Source: Nitrospiria bacterium
GTDB lineage: Bacteria > Nitrospirota > RBG-16-64-22
NCBI GenBank assembly: GCA_919903025.1
Contig: CAKKSE010000008.1
Location: 16,334 to 80,333, forward strand
Reading direction: 5' to 3'
DNA length: 64,000 nt
The notes beneath the pieces were generated by a model. The model did not search any database. It was given only the letters and a program-made list of their open reading frames with translations, and was not told the origin of the DNA. A program made the translations under genes and the position numbers. This document shows positions 28,707-37,100 of this stretch, piece by piece. How positions within the stretch are numbered: position 1 is the first letter of the stretch; every line of letters begins with the position of its first letter.

Positions 28707-29759
28707 CTATTTCCGCCATCTCTGCGTCTTCCGCCACGCCGCGCTCTGTCCGCGTCCAAGGCACTCGATGCGGCCGTCCGATTTCAGGTTTTTCAAAACG
28801 CGCCGGATCAAGTCGATGCTCACGCCCGGACATAGCCTCTGAATCTCCGCCACACGAAAGGCATCGGACATTTCGTCAATCGCACGGGCCACAAGCTCCG
28901 ACTTTTCTCCCTTGGGGCTCTTGACCTGCCCCATGCGTTCCTCGAATTCCAGGTAAGCGGTCTTGAGGATGTAAAGAAGGTAATTCACATACGGCCAAGG
29001 ATCATTCTTCCCTTCATGCCATTTCGTGGAACTCTGCTCAAGCGTCTCGTAATAGCGTTCTTTATTCTGCTCGATGAGGCGTTCCAGACTGATATACCGG
29101 CCGACTTCATATCCGAGGTGATGGCATTGGAGCAGGAGCAACAGCCGCGACACCCGGCCATTGCCGTCCCTGAACGGATGAATACAGAGAAAATCCAGAT
29201 TGAACGCGGCCATCGCGATCAACGGGTGAATCTTGCGCTCCTCAAGGCTCGCGTCCCAGAGCACGGCTAAAGTCTTCATGGCACCGGGGGTTTTCGCGGC
29301 CGGCAAGGTCTTGAAACGGATGCGGGATGTGCCGTCCGGACGCTTTTCGATGATATCCCCGTCTTTTTCCTTGTACTTGCCGGCATCCCAGATTTCCCCG
29401 CGAGCCAGCCGGTGCAAACGCAGGATCGTCTCTTCGGTAATCGGAAGCCTCGGCCCTTTCTCATGGATCAGGGCCAGCGCTTCCCGATAACCATGCACTT
29501 CCTCTTCGTTCCGGTCTCGGAGAAGTGGCCTGCCGAAAACGAGCGTCTCGATGCGCGCCCTCTCCACCTCCACCCCCTCGATCCGGTTCGACGAAACCGT
29601 GCTCTCGATCAACGCGTGCTCGCGCAACACCTTCAAGCGCTGGGGTGATTGCCGCGTGAACAACTCCTGTTTGCCGCGCGCCTCGCCGAGATCGGTGAGA
29701 TACCACGAGGTTGTTACCGGAATGCTCTCGTGCTTCGCCAAGAGCTGGCGCAATGTCAT
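28707..29759 (-). CDS. Fic family protein (class II; N-terminal inhibitory SxxxEG helix) with a C-terminal wHTH
   Basis: HPFRDGNGRVSR Fic motif. TVSSNRIEGVEV is the inhibitory motif. Start trimmed to the Met at 29757-29759. Confidence 0.8.
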   Translation of the reverse strand: MTLRQLLAKHESIPVTTSWYLTDLGEARGKQELFTRQSPQRLKVLREHALIESTVSSNRIEGVEVERARIETLVFGRPLLRDRNEEEVHGYREALALIHEKGPRLPITEETILRLHRLARGEIWDAGKYKEKDGDIIEKRPDGTSRIRFKTLPAAKTPGAMKTLAVLWDASLEERKIHPLIAMAAFNLDFLCIHPFRDGNGRVSRLLLLLQCHHLGYEVGRYISLERLIEQNKERYYETLEQSSTKWHEGKNDPWPYVNYLLYILKTAYLEFEERMGQVKSPKGEKSELVARAIDEMSDAFRVAEIQRLCPGVSIDLIRRVLKNLKSDGRIECLGRGQSAAWRKTQRWRK

Positions 29760-29971
29760 CACGGTTCTCGCTCTCCAATGGGCTGTTGTAGCGCGGATTC
29801 TATCATCTTTTCGCATCTGTACAACGGAACTCGGAAATCGTCGAGGAGAACCGCATGGGCGGCAACAATCCCGGCCCGTAAGTTCTTACAGACTTATGAC
29901 AGGGGTCACTACGAGGTGGAAGGAGTCTCGGCGGGTGTGATATAAAGGCCGCTCGTTCGGATTCAGCTTCT

Positions 29972-30070
29972 GGGAGCGGCTCGGTCACTGGTGGACCGCT
30001 AGGTCTTCAAAACCCATGTGGGGTGCTGAGAGGCGCTCCAGGTGGGTTCGATTCCCACACGCTCCCGCCA
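29972..30070 (+). tRNA. tRNA-like gene with selenocysteine-tRNA architecture (UCA anticodon, long extra arm), a candidate selC or a pseudo-tRNA
   Basis: Hand-folded from the sequence. The 7-bp acceptor GGGAGCG/CGCTCCC is followed by a G8·A mismatch abutting the T-stem, giving 8/5 geometry. The D-stem is CGGTC/GACCG. The anticodon arm has loop CTTCAAA, identical to the E. coli tRNA-Sec loop. The extra arm is an 8-bp stem (3 G·U pairs) with a GAGA tetraloop. The T-arm is GTGGG-TTCGATT-CCCAC, with G73 and an encoded CCA. Total length is 99 nt. Confidence 0.45.
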
Positions 30071-30399
30071 GATTCTCTTTGTTTCCAGGGTCGCCCCCAC
30101 TGGTCAACGCCATCAATCGTTCGCTTCCATCGTCTTTTCGCCCCCGCCGCCCTCTTTCGCACCAGATGAGGAACGCTGACGGCTTTGCAGAACGAGCGTC
30201 CAGCAGACCGTCGGCTTCCACTCCTCAGGGGCTCCGCCGGCCTTCCGATCCTCTCTCAGGATCTTGCGGAGTTCCCGCCAGTCCTCCCGCGTCCACCTGT
30301 ACCCCTCGCTCCGGTCTTCGCTCCGTGTATTCCCGTTCCGGCACATGCCCTATCCCCCCTTGCGAACCGGCCGCCCAAGACGGGTAACACAGGGTCCGT

Positions 30400-32619
30400 C
30401 TACTCAAACTCGATCTTTACATCGTTGGAGAGGTTCAGATCGGCCAGAATCTGCTGAAGTTCGGTCTGCAGGGACCGGGCCGAATCTGCGCTGGTGGTCA
30501 CCGAGAACTCTACACCGATACGCAGATCGGAGCCCGATCTGAGCTTCGGAATGATCTTGGTTCCCAGCCTGTTCCAGTGCTCCGGAGGGATCGTGCCGAC
30601 CACTCTGAGCGTCCGCGTTTCCTGAGCAGGTCCCTTTGTAATGCCGGGAAGCGACGTGAGTATTTCCGGTTCCGCCTCGGGTAGACGTTCCGGCCCTTTC
30701 ACGACGACCCCAACCTTCAACGCCTCGGCCCTCGCCTTCGTCAGGAGGAAGACCCCGCTGTCGAACACAATCTCCTCCGGCGCGACAACCTCCTTAAACC
30801 AGACCCTCTCGTATTCTCCATCCGTCCTCAATCCCGACGCCAGGCCCAAGCTTCCCTTGTCCACGAACTCAGAGATCTTGCTCCTCAAGACCTGTTCGGG
30901 ATCCACGAGACGGGTCAGCGCCCCGGTCAGAAAACTCTGGCGGAGGCTCGCCAGCGGCCAGGCACTGGTTTCCTTGAAAGCGGGCGGCCAGTTCCGCTCT
31001 ATGCAGCCGGCTCCCACGGATTCGTTTAGAAGCGAGTATGACTTGAGAGCGGAGATAATCCGGCCGGCCAGCGTCTCACTGGCGCTCGCGTGTCCCGCAC
31101 CGAGGTCAATGATTTTGAGCCCGCTTGCTTCACCAGGATCCGCAAGCGCCACGCACCGATAGCTGGCCCATACTTCGGCCTTTGCGGACTCCTCGGCGTC
31201 CCTGACGCGCGTGTGCAGTTCAAGCCGGTCGGACCGGTCGAAGTCGCCGCCCAGGATGCCTTCATCCACGTCTCTTTTCACGCGCCTCCAAGCGAGCCAT
31301 GTCTCGACCTTCTCGCGGAGGTCCCGGCCGGGCTTCTTGACGCACCAGACGAGCGCCGCTGGATACAGCCGGTCGGAAGACCCCCGCCTCTTCGTCCACT
31401 CAAGAACCCTCTTTGGCACGTCCCCTTTCGCTTCCCACTCGATCTCCGGAGACGTAACCACGAGTGTCAGCCTGGGGGAATCCTGGATTTCAGACGCATC
31501 CGCCGGAAAGGGGGCCCAGGAGATGCTTCGCCCCCGGTCGAATTCGACTTTGACAACCAACTCCATGGCAGGCCGGATTTCGTTCTCCTCGTCAAGAGAG
31601 GCCCGTCTGTCGCTCACGACCTTCTTCAAAGTCGGCAGGTAGCCGATCCGAAAGCCATCGGTTCCCGCCTTCCGTACGTAGTAGGCTTTCGACTCGAGCG
31701 CCAGGGCGGCAGTGTCGATGGATGTCGTGTCGGTCCCTGGCTCGCCCAGGGCGAACCTCAGCTCCGGGAGATGTGCGACCCGGTCCAGTTGTCCCCCGGA
31801 CGATTCGAAGAGAATGGCTGTCGCTACCCGCCTATGAATGCCGCGCAGCAACCCCTTGGCATCCGCATCGAGCACGCGGGTATGCGCGTTGGCGCCGGCA
31901 ATGTCGGTATCGATCGCGGCGACCAGGCGGGATTCTCCCAGTTGACCGAGCACGATGCTTCGGAACTCCGGTACTTCGAGCGGCGCCGAGCCGAGAGTAA
32001 TTAGCGGCTCTGTTCTTGCCTTCTGGAAGCCTTCCCGCCAGTCGCAATGCACATAGATGCTTCCATCATCCGCCAACAAATCACGCATCAACACCAATCT
32101 CTCGTAGATCATGGCTATAAAGGAATCTGCGCCCTTCCCCCACGTATCGCGGTAGGCGAGTTCTTCGAGAATGCTCGGCTTCTTGGTAAAGGTGTCGTCG
32201 CCAATTTCGATGTCCATCGAGAAGTCCGCGCCCACGTCGAACGGCGGATCGATGTAGATCAGCTTGATGCCGCCCTGCTTCTCGATTTCCTCATGCAACG
32301 GACCATTCTTGAGGCTGGCGAGAATCAGCTTGTTGTCGCCCCAGATCAGCTTGTTGGTCCAGCCCTTGAGCTGCCGCCCACTGGCGGGGTCGAACAGGTC
32401 GCCCTGAATCTTTACGTCCTTCTCCGCCCGCGGCTCGTCCACCTGCTCGATAGTCTGAAACGGCAGCACCACATTGCAGACCCCATTCGTTTTGCCGTTC
32501 CATACCAACTCCACCTCGCGCTTCTCCTCGAACAATAGAAAGCGGTACTTCTCCGGCAGCGGCTTGCCGGCCTCCAGCAGTTTCACAATGTCGCGGATTT
32601 CGTTGTCGGTTAGCTTCAT
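30400..32619 (-). CDS. Mod-like N6-adenine DNA methyltransferase-domain protein with a roughly 480-aa uncharacterised C-terminal region (canonical FxGxGTT motif I not evident)
   Basis: N-terminal 200 aa include NKLIWGDNKLILASL and GGIKLIYIDPPF (motif IV, DPPY-type), then SIYVHCDWR. This matches the beta-class Mod/N6_N4_Mtase order. The start overlaps the stop of the upstream ATPase (ATGA). Confidence 0.6.
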   Translation of the reverse strand: MKLTDNEIRDIVKLLEAGKPLPEKYRFLLFEEKREVELVWNGKTNGVCNVVLPFQTIEQVDEPRAEKDVKIQGDLFDPASGRQLKGWTNKLIWGDNKLILASLKNGPLHEEIEKQGGIKLIYIDPPFDVGADFSMDIEIGDDTFTKKPSILEELAYRDTWGKGADSFIAMIYERLVLMRDLLADDGSIYVHCDWREGFQKARTEPLITLGSAPLEVPEFRSIVLGQLGESRLVAAIDTDIAGANAHTRVLDADAKGLLRGIHRRVATAILFESSGGQLDRVAHLPELRFALGEPGTDTTSIDTAALALESKAYYVRKAGTDGFRIGYLPTLKKVVSDRRASLDEENEIRPAMELVVKVEFDRGRSISWAPFPADASEIQDSPRLTLVVTSPEIEWEAKGDVPKRVLEWTKRRGSSDRLYPAALVWCVKKPGRDLREKVETWLAWRRVKRDVDEGILGGDFDRSDRLELHTRVRDAEESAKAEVWASYRCVALADPGEASGLKIIDLGAGHASASETLAGRIISALKSYSLLNESVGAGCIERNWPPAFKETSAWPLASLRQSFLTGALTRLVDPEQVLRSKISEFVDKGSLGLASGLRTDGEYERVWFKEVVAPEEIVFDSGVFLLTKARAEALKVGVVVKGPERLPEAEPEILTSLPGITKGPAQETRTLRVVGTIPPEHWNRLGTKIIPKLRSGSDLRIGVEFSVTTSADSARSLQTELQQILADLNLSNDVKIEFE

Positions 32620-35297
32620 GATCCACCCACCAAATGCGCAGCTTGTGTGTTCTTCTTCAGATGCGCATGCTGCTCTTGTGCTTTTTCCGCCTTATCTTTC
32701 TGCTTGCTCAAAAAATCCTTGAACGACTCAAGATCGGCGGTCATCTCTTTGGTCGTTGGTAATGATGTATTCGCGGCAACGGCGTGGTCATGCAAGTCAA
32801 CAATTGACGATGCGCGCGTCATTCCGGCGAACACCGATTCGACCGACTCAAAATCTACGCGAACACCGGTTAAGCTCTGTGTCTTAATCTCGTTTTCCAA
32901 TCTCTGTAACACTTTATTAAACAGGATCTCCTCCACCGAGCGCTCCCACGTTGAACGCAGTAGTACGTAGTACTCACGATTCAGCTTCCTGTAATCGTCA
33001 GGGTTGCCAGCGGTTTCTGCTGCTTTTGCGTCCGCAAGCAGTTTATCCAGGTGATGTACGCGCAGCGCCACTTTGGAGCCAGACCATGGCAGAAAGCGGG
33101 TAACGATTCCGGTGGCGTTACCAAGCGCCTCAATGTTCTGCGGCGAAATCTCGGTGCCCTGATGGTCGGCGTCGGCTTCCTCCCACAAATCGCGAAGGAA
33201 GACGAGATCGTGCGTGAAGATGATGACTTGCCTTGTCCTTGCCTCTTTGACTAAAAGCCGGACAACACCACCGCGGATGCGGTGGTCGAGGGAGGTTACC
33301 GGATCATCCAGGATGATTCCGCAATTATCGTCATTCGCACTCAGTTCAGCCAGAAAGCAGGCGAGCGAGATGGCTGTCCGCTCGCCTTCACTAAATACCG
33401 CCTCGGGATTGCCCAGCGTGGCTCCTTCGATGGTTACCTTGTGGAGAACCTTGCCTTTGCCGCCCGGTTGCCGTTCGACGCCGAGCCGAGCTCTATCCAG
33501 GCCGATGTCTTTGAGATTATTAAGCATCTGGGTCTTGAACGCGTCGGTAACGAGTCGTTGCTGGAGTTCGCCCGCTTTCAGGGCAATCTTGTTCGTCGTG
33601 ATCTTGTCAGCCGCCGCTTTTTCAGCTTCGGCCAGCTTCAGGCTGCGCAAATGAGCGAGGACTGAAGCGAGATTTTGATTCAATTTAAGGCGGGCCTTGA
33701 GTTCGGCTATTTCCGCTTCGAGTAGCCGTATTTGCTCAGTTACTTTGGCATCATCGGCAAGCTCCTTGAGCCGTTCCCCAATGGCTTTGATCTCCGCGTC
33801 ACAGGCCTGCGCTGGTGACATTGGCTCAGGCGGCAGTTCTTCCCATTGGCGGGATTTGGCCGCTTCTTCGATGGCGGTAAGTCTGTTTGTTGCGGCTGGA
33901 AAGAAAACCTTGAGTTCTTCGAAGATTGTCGAACCGGCCGCCTTCAAAGAATCCTCAAGAACTTCGATTTCCTTCGGCATACCGTGCGGCAGTTCTGCCA
34001 ATGCCTTCCGCTCCGCTTCAGCATTTAGGGCTGCTGCATCGCGCTTGCTTGATACATCGTCCTGAATGAACTTCCAAAACCCTTCCAGCCGGAGCCGCGC
34101 TGCCTCATCAAGCGGTTGCAGGCAGAGCACGCATTTGGCGCCTTCTTGACTGGCTGGGAAGGGTTGGCCTGGGTATGCTACCTGCGTCGAATACTTCTCT
34201 GCGGCCATTAGTAGCTCGCGCCACACGTCACCGCCGACATCTTTCATTTCGAGGCCGCCGAACGTGGCCTTCGCGGCGACTTCAACGGCCTGCTCGCACT
34301 TCTGCAACTCGGCGATCTTGCCATTTATCTCGGTGACCCGGGCTGCTGAGATACCGTTCAGCATCGAGGATACGCTGGACTTGATTGTTTCCAGCCGTTT
34401 CTTCTGCGCGAGAAGCGAAGCTCGCAGAACCTGCGGTGAATTGGCCTTGAGTTGGGATAGTTCCTGTTCCTTGGCCTTGAGAGTCTCAGTATTTTGTTCT
34501 GTCCACTCGGCCCGTTTCTTTACATCGTCTTCCGATGTGCGCGCACCGATTGCCCCGATGAATTTGCCCGTAGCCGTGGTGTCCACAAGATGACTGAGCG
34601 CGTCCGGTTTCGGCGCATGCTGGGTAGCAAGGTCTTGAAGGCGTTTCTTGACCTCGGCAGTAATGTCGCCAAGCCCCCTGATGATGTCGAAACCATAGGG
34701 CAGGAAACTCAGCTCGTTGCTGCCCGTAATGTAGATGCGCGCGCACTTGGAATCGAACACCGCGAAGCGGCTGAGGCCGCTGGACGAGGGCGAGCCGTCA
34801 ATCCATTTTTCGTCGCGGACTTTGCCGGTCTCTTCGATCTCAAAAATTGCGGATGCGGGCCCCGTTTTCGCTGAAGCGTAGACATTGGGCAAGATGTCAT
34901 CGACCACACGCGCATGAAACGCCTTTTTCATCACACGGGCGTAACCAGACTTGCCGGACGCATTGTGGCCGTAGATCACGGTAAGCTGTTTGCCGATGGG
35001 CAGGCGCTGACCGTCTTTTAGCGCATTCACGTTTTCCAGGTCGCGCACCCCGACAAGGGCCAGTTTCTGACCAGGCACTGGTGGCGGAGGCAGGTCAGCG
35101 TTTTTCAACATCAGGTCGCCGAGAGGTGCAGCCGCCTTCTTTAGCCCGTGCTCGACAAGCGCGATATCGAATATTTCGTCTCTGTCTTTCTGCGGCAGTG
35201 AGCCACTTTTGGCGAACATCCGACGAATCGCCTCGTTTTGCCAAGGGGCCAAGTCCTTCGACAAGCTCAACAGTTCGGAAAATATATTGTTCGCCAT
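32616..35297 (-). CDS. AAA_13-family ABC-type ATPase, RloC-like (putative anticodon nuclease with a Rad50-like coiled coil and CxxC zinc hook)
   Basis: Walker A GHNASGKS. A roughly 400-aa coiled-coil insert containing KCVLCLQPL (CxxC). Then the signature, Walker B and D-loop (ILDDPVTSLD) and an H-loop (FTHD). The C-terminal roughly 200 aa are a non-ATPase domain, as in PrrC/RloC anticodon nucleases. Confidence 0.55.
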   Translation of the reverse strand: MANNIFSELLSLSKDLAPWQNEAIRRMFAKSGSLPQKDRDEIFDIALVEHGLKKAAAPLGDLMLKNADLPPPPVPGQKLALVGVRDLENVNALKDGQRLPIGKQLTVIYGHNASGKSGYARVMKKAFHARVVDDILPNVYASAKTGPASAIFEIEETGKVRDEKWIDGSPSSSGLSRFAVFDSKCARIYITGSNELSFLPYGFDIIRGLGDITAEVKKRLQDLATQHAPKPDALSHLVDTTATGKFIGAIGARTSEDDVKKRAEWTEQNTETLKAKEQELSQLKANSPQVLRASLLAQKKRLETIKSSVSSMLNGISAARVTEINGKIAELQKCEQAVEVAAKATFGGLEMKDVGGDVWRELLMAAEKYSTQVAYPGQPFPASQEGAKCVLCLQPLDEAARLRLEGFWKFIQDDVSSKRDAAALNAEAERKALAELPHGMPKEIEVLEDSLKAAGSTIFEELKVFFPAATNRLTAIEEAAKSRQWEELPPEPMSPAQACDAEIKAIGERLKELADDAKVTEQIRLLEAEIAELKARLKLNQNLASVLAHLRSLKLAEAEKAAADKITTNKIALKAGELQQRLVTDAFKTQMLNNLKDIGLDRARLGVERQPGGKGKVLHKVTIEGATLGNPEAVFSEGERTAISLACFLAELSANDDNCGIILDDPVTSLDHRIRGGVVRLLVKEARTRQVIIFTHDLVFLRDLWEEADADHQGTEISPQNIEALGNATGIVTRFLPWSGSKVALRVHHLDKLLADAKAAETAGNPDDYRKLNREYYVLLRSTWERSVEEILFNKVLQRLENEIKTQSLTGVRVDFESVESVFAGMTRASSIVDLHDHAVAANTSLPTTKEMTADLESFKDFLSKQKDKAEKAQEQHAHLKKNTQAAHLVGGS

Positions 35298-35377
35298 AGG
35301 AAACGCTGCTGGTTAGTAGTGCGTAAGCCTACAATCGCGGAATCTTCCGATGTTTTCGATACTGATAAATTTCTCAA

Positions 35378-36676
35378 TCATGGCTCACCGCTCTTGTCCG
35401 GCACCGCGTCTATGGGAGTAGATGCCTCAAGTGCCTTCATTTCCAGACCTTCGATCTCCTGCAACGACTTGCCCGCGATGCCTTGCAGGTCCCCATACAT
35501 TCCGACGGTTGACTGCATGACGCGGTCGATCTGCTCCTCGCGCTTGGCCCACTGCTTGGTGATCGCCTTCCTCTCCTTGTCGAGGTCTTCCTGCATGTTG
35601 GAAAACGCTTCGACGATGGCTTCCACCCTCTGGCGGAAGCGCGGGCCGGTGAGGTACTGGTAGATCATTTCCGTTTTTGTTTGCTGGCCTTCGGATGCCT
35701 GCCGCGCTATGGTGATTTCCAGCAACGACTGGCGAAGGATTACCGCCACCGGCAATGCAACGCGGGGGTGTGTTACCCAGACGCCCTCAACCATCTCGAA
35801 GGTTTCAACCCCTTTCGGCAAACTCTGGCTTACAATCACGGCGATTTCAGCTTTTGCGGTGCGTTGGTCTTCCCGCAATTTGGTCAGCCATGCGTCGCTC
35901 CAGTTTTTGGTGCGCTTGGACTCCCACAGGATGGTGCCGCTGGCCTGGCCGCCCGAGCCGACAACACGGTGCACCACATCCCCGCCGTATTCGCCCTTGG
36001 GCACGGGCTCGATAACATCGAAAGGGAATTTAGTGCGCAACAGACTTTCTAGTTCCAGTTCCTGCACTTCGCCCTGCAATTGCTGCGAGCCTTGTTCAGC
36101 CTTGCGTTTCAGGTCTTCAATCTGTTTCTGCATCGCGGCGATGATCTGTTCTTTCTCCATCACCTTAAGCTTCTGTTCGTCTTCGACCTCCTTGCGCGCC
36201 TGGACACGGGTAGCGGCAAGCCCTTCCTGAATCCGCTTCTCGATGGTCAGTTCTATTTCACGTCGGGCATCATCAAGCTCGCGCTGTTTGCGGATCAGGT
36301 CAGCCTGTGCCTTCTGCGCCTCGGCGAGTTTCACGTCCCGTTGTTTCAGCACTTCTTGCAGATCGGCAAGCTCCTTGCTCTTCTGATCCAGATCGTTCGC
36401 CAGCGCTAATTTGGCTTTCTTGGCTTCCTCCGCGGCGATCTTGGCGCGTTCCTGCCGAACCTTCTCGGCGACCTGATCGTCGATGGTGTCTTTCGCCTTG
36501 GTGAGTGCTTCTTCACGCTCACGGAGCGACGATTCGCGGCTGGCAATGTCAGCGTCTTTCTTTGCCAGGCGCTGCTCATAGTCACGGCGAGTGGATTCAA
36601 TGAGTGGCGCCGCCAGTGATTCCGTGAGTTTGATCTCGGTTTTGCACTGCGGGCAGACAATAGTTGGTTCTGTCAT
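35378..36676 (-). CDS. DUF2130-family protein (N-terminal CPxC zinc ribbon, long coiled coil, conserved C-terminal domain)
   Basis: MTEPTIVCPQCKTEI..., then KE-rich coiled coil, then a C-terminal globular domain of about 200 aa. Own AT-rich promoter region at 36680-36750. Confidence 0.55.
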   Translation of the reverse strand: MTEPTIVCPQCKTEIKLTESLAAPLIESTRRDYEQRLAKKDADIASRESSLREREEALTKAKDTIDDQVAEKVRQERAKIAAEEAKKAKLALANDLDQKSKELADLQEVLKQRDVKLAEAQKAQADLIRKQRELDDARREIELTIEKRIQEGLAATRVQARKEVEDEQKLKVMEKEQIIAAMQKQIEDLKRKAEQGSQQLQGEVQELELESLLRTKFPFDVIEPVPKGEYGGDVVHRVVGSGGQASGTILWESKRTKNWSDAWLTKLREDQRTAKAEIAVIVSQSLPKGVETFEMVEGVWVTHPRVALPVAVILRQSLLEITIARQASEGQQTKTEMIYQYLTGPRFRQRVEAIVEAFSNMQEDLDKERKAITKQWAKREEQIDRVMQSTVGMYGDLQGIAGKSLQEIEGLEMKALEASTPIDAVPDKSGEP

Positions 36677-36755
36677 CGACCTCTCCTTAACTCACTGAAA
36701 TTCGCTTTCCGAAATCAATTCCGGGAATCTTATAAAATTCTTCCTGACTCGGCGG

Positions 36756-37100
36756 TTACCTGTATTCGATACAAATTGCTATCCCCGCCACGATCTCCTC
36801 CATCAGCGGTTCGGGGAGCTGCCCCAGCTTCTTGACCAAACGGGTTTGGTCAACGGAACGGACCTGGAACGTATCCGCCCCCGACTTCTTGGTGAGGCCG
36901 TTCTGTTTGTCAGGTTCAAGGTAAATCATCCACGGGTAGCCGGCATATGGCGGTTTCCAGTCCGTGATGGGGACGATGATCTTCAAAGGCAGTTTGCCAA
37001 TGCTGTTGGAACTCACCACGACGGCGGGCCGGGTCTTCTTGATTTCCTGTCCAATGGTCGGATCGAGATTGACCAGCCACACCTCTCCACGGTCAATCAT
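36756..37100 (-). CDS. MazF/PemK/Kid-family toxin (mRNA interferase)
   Basis: GEVWLVNLDPTIGQEIKKTRPAVVVSSNSIGKLP is the PemK signature. Overlaps the upstream gene by a few codons. Confidence 0.75.
   Translation of the reverse strand: MIDRGEVWLVNLDPTIGQEIKKTRPAVVVSSNSIGKLPLKIIVPITDWKPPYAGYPWMIYLEPDKQNGLTKKSGADTFQVRSVDQTRLVKKLGQLPEPLMEEIVAGIAICIEYR

Noticed and set aside
30113-30346. 77-aa minus-strand ORF just downstream of the tRNA-Sec-like gene (possible integrase or excisionase remnant)
   Set aside because: No recognisable integrase or Xis motifs. Composition resembles non-coding translation. Not enough evidence to call.
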